Positions 54,950 to 64,000 of a stretch of DNA of 64,000 nucleotides are shown here, piece after piece. Location: the NCBI RefSeq assembly GCF_009914755.1, contig NC_060926.1; one strand, given 5' to 3'. The position numbers and the translations under genes are program-made. How positions within the stretch are numbered: position 1 is the stretch's first letter; each line of letters begins with the position of its first letter. The stretch comes from the human T2T-CHM13v2.0 reference genome, Homo sapiens. Under the pieces are notes generated by a model. That model was not told where the DNA came from and did not search any database. It saw only the letters and a list, made by a program, of their open reading frames with translations.

Positions 54950-55370
54950 TTCCGAGGCCTTCATGACTGGCCTCTGCTGACCCCTTAGCCTCCTCTATCC
55001 CAGTATCCCCTCCCACACGTAACTCATTTTCAGTTACCTGAATATGTCATAATCACTCTTGTTCCCAGGGTTTCATTCAGTCTCTTATTCTACTTCTATA
55101 CCCGATCATCTGGAAAATGCCTAGCTTATCCTTCAGGTCTCAGGCAAACAGCACCCCCTCCAGAAAGTCTTTCTTCACCACCAGTTATGAGCTACTGCCC
55201 TTTAGTTCTCTATGCATAGTACTTAGACGCTAGAATGTAAATACCAGTTTGCTTGTCCATAACCTTCCGTACTGTAAGCTTTCCAGGATGGCATCTGACT
55301 TATTAACTACTATATGCCCAACACCAAATACAGGGCCTGGAAAACAGTCTTGGTTGCCTACCCAACAGAC
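54950..55370 (+). mobile_element. L2 fragment
   Basis: tatccttcaggtctcag...cctccagaaagtctttc...actgtaagctttccaggatggca...acagggcctgg. Confidence 0.55.
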
Positions 55371-55389
55371 ATTTTTTCCCTTTTTCTTT

Positions 55390-55946
55390 ACGTAATTGAT
55401 TTCTTTTCTAGTACCAACAACTCCAGAAGACCAAGAGAGATCTAAGGTTGATTCATGATTGGTCTGTTCCAATCATGGAAACCTATTCACCCTCCCAGAG
55501 GCTGACTTAGGGATGGGCAATGTGACCCACTCTGGTCAGTGAGACATGAGGGGAGATATGCTGGGATGATTTCTGAGAAACAGTTTCAGGAACATTTTAA
55601 AGAGTTTCAGGAGAGGAAACAACCCATCCCTGTTTTTAGGTGAGTGGGAGGCGGCTGTTGTACAGCCATGATGAAAGGCACAAGGACAAATATTCACCTG
55701 CTGAGGATGGCAGAGCCAAAGTATGGAATGAACCCAAGTCCTTGATGATTTTGCTAAGACGTTGAATCAACCAGCCCTGGAACTGCCCTGCTGCTTGACT
55801 TCTTGTGATGAGATAATACCTTTTCACTATATTACCTATATAATAATATTGTGATTGTATCTCACTATAGAGATAATACTGTTTTCCTTGTTGTTTATTT
55901 AAGTAACGTGTTCTGTCACTTGCAGCTGAACATAACCTGACAGACA
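55390..55946 (+). mobile_element. Old MLT1 (J/K-type) LTR with AT-rich internal segment
   Basis: gggcaatgtgaccca...gaggatggcagagc...tgaatcaaccagccctggaactgccc...ctgtcacttgcagctgaacataacctgacagaca. Confidence 0.65.
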
Positions 55947-57011
55947 CTTAGGAAATATTGTTGACTGCATAGGTGTTCAGATGTTAAACGTGCTAGAGAC
56001 AGAAAAGAGAGATGAGAACTAGAAGGCCAGCCATCTCCCAGGGGTCAGGCACAGGAGGCCTGTTTCATGTGCATCGTAGAATTCAACTTTCCCAGAAAGC
56101 TTGTGACCATACAAAGTTTACCCATTTTAGAGATGAGGAAACTGAAGCTCAGGAAAGTTTATCAACCTATCCAAGGTCACGGAGTTAGTAAGTGCAGCAG
56201 CTGAGCAATATTTAGTTACTATTTTATGAAGACTTAGTTCAGCATTTTAATTCAGACTTTTCATTCATAATACAAGATTTTAAAATTTCTTTTTTTTCCC
56301 ATTTCCACTTCCCATGGATTTTCACCTACTAGTTTAAAGTTAAGCATTCTAATTTTGATGTTATCCTGGTCACTCCTAATGTTTGACCGTACTCATGTTT
56401 ATTTTCCCACGTTAATTTATCAGTGCCATCACTCTCTCTTTCCCTCCAGAGTATCTGAGCCCAAGGGACACTCCCGTGTGATTTGGTCTCCCTAACCGCT
56501 CCCCTACCTCCCTTCAAGTTAATGTTGGAGCTTCTCCAGGGCTGACTTGGGAGAGGAGCCGGCAGACCGGGCCAGTGCACCCTCTTGGCAGGAAGCCTGC
56601 GTGTGGGAAATAAATCCCAGGTTTGTCTACTTCCAAAACACATTCTTTTCACTACACCATGAGGCCTGAATAGACGCATGTGGCCTACAAGTATATTCTC
56701 TTTAGCCATCTGAGAAAGAACAAAACTCATTTGAGCAGCTTTCTGCAGCCCTTTTCTCCTCCCCTTGGTGGGAATGAGTGACGGGAACAGAGAATACAGT
56801 CCTTCCTCTACCCGCCAGAATGTCTGCTTGCAGCCAGCATTTCACAGATGAATGCTGAAGAAAATGTCTTAGCTGCATCCAGGGAATTTCAAGTGCTTTC
56901 CTCCTGTTTCTGAGGGAAAACAAACAAACAAACAAACAAACAAAAACTGTCTTTTTCTGCAGCAAAGCCCCAGGAATTGGCGGTGTAAAGGGCTTGTGAG
57001 CTGGGAATCAT

Positions 57012-57028
57012 GTGCCCTCTAGTGGTCA
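57012..57028 (-). promoter_or_regulatory. Strong CTCF core motif (candidate)
   Basis: Reverse complement TGACCACTAGAGGGCAC matches CCASYAGRKGGCRC at all core positions; lies in unique sequence. Confidence 0.6.
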
Positions 57029-57266
57029 TCTCTAGGAAGTCCCAACCAGATGGTCATTTCCACAGAAAACAGCAGGAGGAACCGCTACAGAGTATGGGAG
57101 ACAAGAAGAGAATGCCTCCTAACACCTACATAATAAGCTGTAATGGTGGAAAGCCATTTGCTTTTGAATTTTATTGAAAATGCCAAATACAGGTCGTGAA
57201 TATTGAAATGGACGTCTGAGCGGTGCACAAATCCTCGCAGGTCTTACTGAAGCTTCCCAGGATTAG

Positions 57267-57717
<451 letters not shown>

Positions 57718-57881
57718 TGTTCTATTTTATTATTATTGTTATTCATCTCTTATTGTGCCTAGTTTATACATTAAACTTTATCGTAGGTACATATATATAG
57801 CAAAAGACATAATATATATATGGTTCAGGCATCCACTGGGGGTCTTGGAATGTATCACCCACAGATAAAGGGAAACTATTG
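57718..57881 (+). mobile_element. MER44A 3' half
   Basis: tgttctattttattatt...aaactttatcgtagg...ttcaggcatccactgggggtcttggaatgtatc...gataaagggaaactattg|ta. Confidence 0.85.
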
Positions 57882-59234
57882 TAACTTCAGTTGAGAAAAG
57901 CTCATAGTCAAATGCTTCTCTCTGACTTAACGTACTGCCCATCTATTGGTACTAGAAAAGTCAATGTTATAACAGCCCTAAAACTGCCAACACATGTGAA
58001 AAATATTTAGCTTTTTGTCTAACGATGGGACCCAACTGACCAAATAAAACCCAAATAAAGGACCTGTAACTGCTCATATCTTTCATGTGTGCCTGCAAGC
58101 AAATTTTATATTCCTTCCCACTGAGATTTCTTTCTTTCAAAATATTCCAGGTATGTGGCTTCAAAGCATGTGGCATCTGACATGTGGACACATTGAGAGT
58201 AGGATGAGATTGTATTTACCTTTGCCTTGCTGGAGCTTAGCACCTTTGTGGTGTCTTTTGATAAATGGGAAGTGACAAATGTTCTCACGTGGGCAGCAGG
58301 AAGGATTCATATGCTCCTCCAATTTTACAGCAACAGACAACAAATGAAAAGGAAGGGCTTAGTCATGCAGGGGCACACTCTCACCTCATCACTAGATGAC
58401 AGTGCAGCACCCCAGACTCACAGCTTGCCCATAAGTCTTGCATTTAGTGCATGAGGATTCCATTCAGATGCCACCGAATGCCATTTCCATGATCTGGACT
58501 GACTTTTCTTTTTTCAGGCACAATAAAGTAAAGACAATTTGGAGTCATTTGCCTTGTTTCTTCAATAAAAGAAAGACTTGGATTTACACAGCCTCTTTTC
58601 TCCAAAGAGCTCAGCATGCTTGCCCATCTGGTGTCTCATTTGCCTTCGTTTCATCGCTTTAAAGTCAATAAAGTGTGTTATGCTAGTGTCAGGGCCAGGG
58701 AAGGTGAGAGAGTGTGTAGGCTTATTCCTGCTCTCCAAGAGGGGGCGCCCCTGTGCCCTCCTAGTAACACATTCCTAGACACCCATTGCCCACCTACGAG
58801 GTGGCCAGTCCACATTCTGCAGGCACCAGAGGCTCTCTGCCCACAAGCAATGCCAGTCTGCAACTGCCAAGTCTAACACAAAGAGACACGTGAACAGAGA
58901 ATCACAATATAGCATGATAAGAGGTAGGCTGCAGGGATGGGTTAGGTTTGGGTGTGGAGAGAGTCAGAGTTGGGCACAAGAGGAAGTTACTGAAGGGTTT
59001 AAAAAGTAAAGTTTCAGTACAAATTGTAGTAAATGAAGTAATTGGAAAAACAGTGTTAACCCCTTTTTAATTAGTTAAATTAATTAAATCAGACTTTCTG
59101 CTCACCAAAATGTATCCTATGTGTTTTCTAAGCTTGATTGACAAGTTTGGCTGAAAGGACCAAACTACTTTTTGCTTAATAATTACAAAATAGGTAGAAA
59201 AAATGCACCCCCTCCAAAAAAGTAAAGCTTCAAT

Positions 59235-59905
59235 AACAAGGCTGTGGAGGAGTAGCAACCCTCATACATTGCCAGTGTGAGTGAAAAATGACTCAGATGC
59301 TATGGAAAGCAGTTTGACGTTTCCTCAAAAAGTTAAACACAGAATTACCGCATGACCCAGCATGCATACCCAAAATAATTGAAAACCGGTGCTCAGACAA
59401 ATCCTTGTACACAAACATTCATAGCGACATTATTCACAAGAGTCAAAAGGTAGAAACAGCTGAAATGTCCGTCAACGAATGAAGACGTAAACAAATTGCG
59501 GCTACACACATACAATGGAATAATATGCAGCCGTAAAAAGAACTGAAGTACTGATACACGCTATAACTTGCATGAACCTGTAGACTGTTATGCTAAGTGG
59601 GAGATGCTAGACTCAAAAGGTCACATATTGTATAACCCCGTGTATATGAATTATCCAGGTTATGCAAATCCATAGAGACAGAATGTGGATTGGTGGTTGC
59701 CAGGGGCTGGGGAAAGTGTTGAATGGTGGGGGGTGACTGCTTAATGAGTGTGGGGTTCTGTTTTGGGATGATGGGATTGTTTTGGAACTAAACAGAGATG
59801 GCGGTTGCATAACACTGTGAATGTACTAATTGCCATGGCATTGTTCAGTCTAGAGTGGTTAATTTTGTTACGTGAATTTCACCTCAGTAACTTTTTTTTT
59901 AAGTA
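59235..59905 (+). mobile_element. L1MB-type 3' end
   Basis: caaccctcatacattgcc...tcaaaaagttaaacacagaattacc...caaatccatagagacaga...gtgaatttcacctca. Confidence 0.85.
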
Positions 59906-60497
59906 GAGCTTCACTCAAGAGGTACGTGGAAGCAGGACAGCAGGATCTTGACAGATGGCCCTGCGGGGGCGGCGCATTTGAGTCAGAGACAGCATCATGA
60001 GTAAGAGGAACCCAGCCTGACGTGGGCAACTCAGGCTACCGCAAGTAATCCCGTGGGCTGGATGCGGGGATACATGACTGACTTGGGGTCAGAGAGGGCT
60101 CTACCAAGGGGTAGAGAATTAGATGGCACATAGTTCACAGATTTATCTTCATTATGTCTGTGTGTCCTGTGAAAGTCAATTTCAAATGCTTGGATAACTG
60201 GCCGAGTAGGGAGAGGAGTTGCCCACCAGGGGGCTACCCTAGAACCCCACAGAGCAGACCAGGTGCCACCTGAGGCCAGGATCAAGATTTTTCTCTGACA
60301 CTCTCCACTCTAGGACCATCACTCCTTGAGAAACGAAGAATCAAAGCCCCGGCCTTCTCCACAGGGCAGGGTGCAGTCATCTGTGCTGGGGAACCTTCTC
60401 AGCCCTTTAAGGTACACTCCGGGCACAGGTTCTCCACCTTTACTATTATCACACATTCTCAAAATGAAAGAAAGGCTATTATAAGATAAAACTTTCA

Positions 60498-60980
<483 letters not shown>

Positions 60981-61072
60981 TCAAAGCTCTAGACCTGCCT
61001 CTAGCTCACTTTAGCACTGCTGGCCAGGTAGGTGGTGCTGATGTAGCAGTACACAGATTCAACTTTAAGCTT

Positions 61073-61418
61073 GGTTATGGACTACATTGTGTTTCTCCAG
61101 TGTGACTGTATTTGGAAGTAGAGCCTTTAAGGTGATAATTAAGGTTAAATGAGGTCACAAGGATGGGGCCACAATCCGAAAGGACTGGTGTCCTTATAAG
61201 AAAGGGAAGAGATATCAGAGAGCCCTCTTTTTTTCCTTGAATGTACAGAAGAAAGGACATGTGAGGACATAGTGGCCAACTGCAAGTCGGGAAGAGAGGC
61301 CAGAAAACAACCTTGATCTTAGACTTCCAGCTTCTAGAAATGTGAGAAAATAAGTTTCTGTTGTTTAAGCCATCCAGTCTGTGGTATTTTGTTATGGCAG
61401 CCCAAGCAGATTAATACA
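61073..61418 (+). mobile_element. MLT1A-type solo LTR inserted in a MER5A-like remnant
   Basis: gttatggact...ggttaaatgaggtcac...ttgttatggcagcccaagcagattaataca; TSD agctt. Confidence 0.85.
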
Positions 61419-61528
61419 AGCTTGTAAGAAATGCAGAATCTTAGGTCCCACCCAACCTAATGAGAACCTGCATTTTAACAGGTGGATTATGTGCACATAG
61501 CAGTTTGAGAAGCATTGTCCTAGAATAC

Positions 61529-62214
61529 TGCTATGGTTAAATGTGTCCCCCAAATTTCATGTGTTAGAAACTTTATTATTCTTTATTTATTTATTTTGAA
61601 ACTTTATTATTTTATTTATTTCACTCTTTCACTCAGGCTGGAGTGCAGTGGTGCAACCACGGCTCAATGCAACTTTGACCTCTTGCGCTCAGGTGATCCT
61701 GATCCTCCCACTTCAGCCTTCCAAGTAGTAGGGTCTATAGGTGTATGTCACCATGCCCGACTAATTTTTTGTATTTTGGATAGAGATGGGGTTTCAACAT
61801 GTTTCCAGGCTGGTCTCAAAGTGCTGGGCTCAAGTGATCCACCCACCCTGGCCTCCCAAATGCTGGCATTGCAGGCCTAAGCCACCTCACCCAGCCTGTG
61901 TTGGAAGCATAAATCCCAAATTCATATGTTGATTGGAGTTGGAGCCTTTGGAAGGTGATGAAAATTAGATAAGGTCATCAGGGTGGGGCCCCCATGATGG
62001 ACCTGGTGGCTTTAAAAGAAGAGAGATTGGCCTGAGTGAGCACACTTGCTCTGTCTCACAATCTGATGCCCTCTGCCTTGTTAGGATGCAGCAAGAAGGT
62101 CCTCACCGGATGCCAGCACCATGATCTTAGACTTCCCAGCCTCTAGAACCATGAGCTAAATAAATCACCCAGTCTGTGGTATTCAGTTATAGCTACAGAA
62201 AGTGAACTAAGACA
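61529..62214 (+). mobile_element. MSTB/MSTC-type solo LTR split by an antisense AluJ
   Basis: tgctatggttaaatgtgtccccca ... gaactaagaca; TSD aatac at 61524-61528 and 62215-62219. Confidence 0.85.
61572..61896 (-). mobile_element. AluJ-type
   Basis: Diverged antisense Alu; near-TSD tgtgttagaaac/tgtgttggaagc. Confidence 0.85.
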
Positions 62215-62549
62215 AATACCTACTGTCTTTAACCTCTATTCTGCTTTCAATATGATAAAATGGGCCACTCATGAACCTCAGCTACACAATCATAAAAGCT
62301 AACAGACAAATTGAATGATTATTTTTTTTAATGACAAGTAAAAGGAACTACTATCCTAACACAAACATGCAACTAAAGTGGACATCTGATGCTTTGTCTG
62401 CCCAGCACTCCTCTTCCTGCGAAGAACTGCACCCATCCTATGTCATTCCCACAGGGATAGTCATTCACAATGCTGCATCAGTGTTGCACACCTACCTATC
62501 CACGGGGGTGGATGTGTGACCCAGAAGTTGACCGGTCTGGTACCCACCT

Positions 62550-63500
62550 ATTTTAGCTTTATGTGCCAGGCATCAAGCTGAACGTGAGGGATACCGACAT
62601 GAAGAAGATGCAGTCCCTTCCTTCCGGTTACCAGCAGTCTGGAAACTGGGACTACTGCAGAGTCCAAGGTATTAGCAAACCATGCAATACAGGGTGATAA
62701 GTACATGCTGAAGCACTGAGCAAAGTGTTGTGAAAATACAGAGAGCAGGTAAAGACTGAAGAAAGGAGTTCGTATTTCAGCAGAATCTTAAAAAGAAGTT
62801 CCATATGAGCAATCAGCATGTGCAAAAACAAGGATTTTTGAAACAGGGCTTGTGGCCTGGTGGGTACACTGGAACCCCACTAGAGGGTGAGATTAAGGGG
62901 AATGGTGGGGAGCAAGATTGCAGGACGGAGTGAATGACATGAAAAGATCGAGTCCAGCCAAGGAGTTGCATTGAATCCTAGGCAACAAGGAGCTAATGTA
63001 GGTTTCTGAGCAGAGAAGAGTTAAAAGCAGATTTGTAATTTAATACAATCCCTCTGGAGGTTAAATGGGATCATTAAATGATGAACCCTTGGATGGTAGG
63101 AGTGTCTTTGGTATGCAGTAGTGTTGATAAACATTTATTGGGAAATGATGACAGTCTCAACAGAGGCAGTAGCAGAGGGGATAGAAAAAACGGAGCAATT
63201 TTGAAAGACATTTTTGAGCTAGAACCAACAGAACTTATCCAACAATTAGGAAGGAAAGGCAAGAATTAAGAATGTTTTAGCAGTTTCTCTCTTAAGTGAT
63301 AAAATGGATGGAAATAAGAACTAGGTGAAGATAATAGTCGTGCTTTTGAACATATTAGATTTGAGAGGCCTGGGAATCCAGGGAACGAAGTAGGTCTGAC
63401 AGGTAAGGAATTTAAGAACGTCTGGGGCAAAAGATAGGAAGGTCTAGAAGTCACCATCACAGAGATGCAGTTTACAAGAGAGGGTGTTAGTCAAGAGAAT
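62550..63500 (-). mobile_element. Highly diverged L2 fragment
   Basis: tatgtgccagggcatcaagct...ggtttctgagcagagaagag...gaggcagtagcagagggga...tagatttgagaggcctggg. Confidence 0.55.
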
Positions 63501-64000
63501 TAACCTCCGAAATGCTAGAAATTGTTCAAATTATGACTTTCCGAAGGAATATGTCAGGCTCAAGTTCCTTTATAATTGTTACATACAAGATCAAAGCTCC
63601 CCCACCTACACCCACATTCCCTACACCCCTAAAATAGAATTGGCAAAATGCCTCCACACCACAGGTAGGGATTAAAAAAAAAAAAAAAACAAGACTCCAG
63701 CTATTTGACTCCCTTAGCATGTCTGGGCCACCAACAAATCATAAGCTGTTGGAGACTCTGCCTGGCAACCAATGCTGGACCATTCATAAGGAGAAATGGC
63801 ATCAGCATCCACTAAACCAGACAGTCTTTGAAGTACTTCTGCCAAACCCAGGGTAACTACTGAGCCAGGAGGCCTTCCGGTCTTTTCATTTCCCTGCCAA
63901 ACTGGCCACGTGCTGACTCTCCCTTGCCAGGAGTTCATGCCTGCACCTCCATGGGTACCTGATAAGATGCCACAGTCCTTGTCATGGGCATATGCATGGG

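Overview
Primate (almost certainly human) genomic DNA, intergenic or deep intronic. A large part of it is interspersed repeats: about 15 Alus, several old and mid-age L1 fragments, L2/MIR, MaLR/ERV1 solo LTRs (THE1D, MLT1, MST, LTR8, MER50) and DNA transposon fossils (MER44A, MER6, MER20, MER5A, MER3, MER81, and a Kanga/Tc2 element with a readable transposase remnant). There is no intact protein-coding gene, structural RNA gene, CpG island or CRISPR-like array. Most ORF-track entries are repeat-derived or chance ORFs. The only gene-derived sequence is an ~820-bp processed pseudogene of NCOA6 (5717-6538) inside an MLT1 LTR. It appears to copy a short, intronically polyadenylated NCOA6 transcript rather than the full mRNA, and it is the most interesting feature. 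Other highlights are a 59-bp x5 VNTR carrying six perfect STAT5-type GAS sites, a seven-tract G-quadruplex/GC-box expansion inside an Alu, a divergent CTCF motif cluster, and a compact stress/immediate-early motif cluster. Repeat subfamily names and the NCOA6 comparison come from remembered consensus sequences, not from a search. I found no evidence of a novel multi-gene system.
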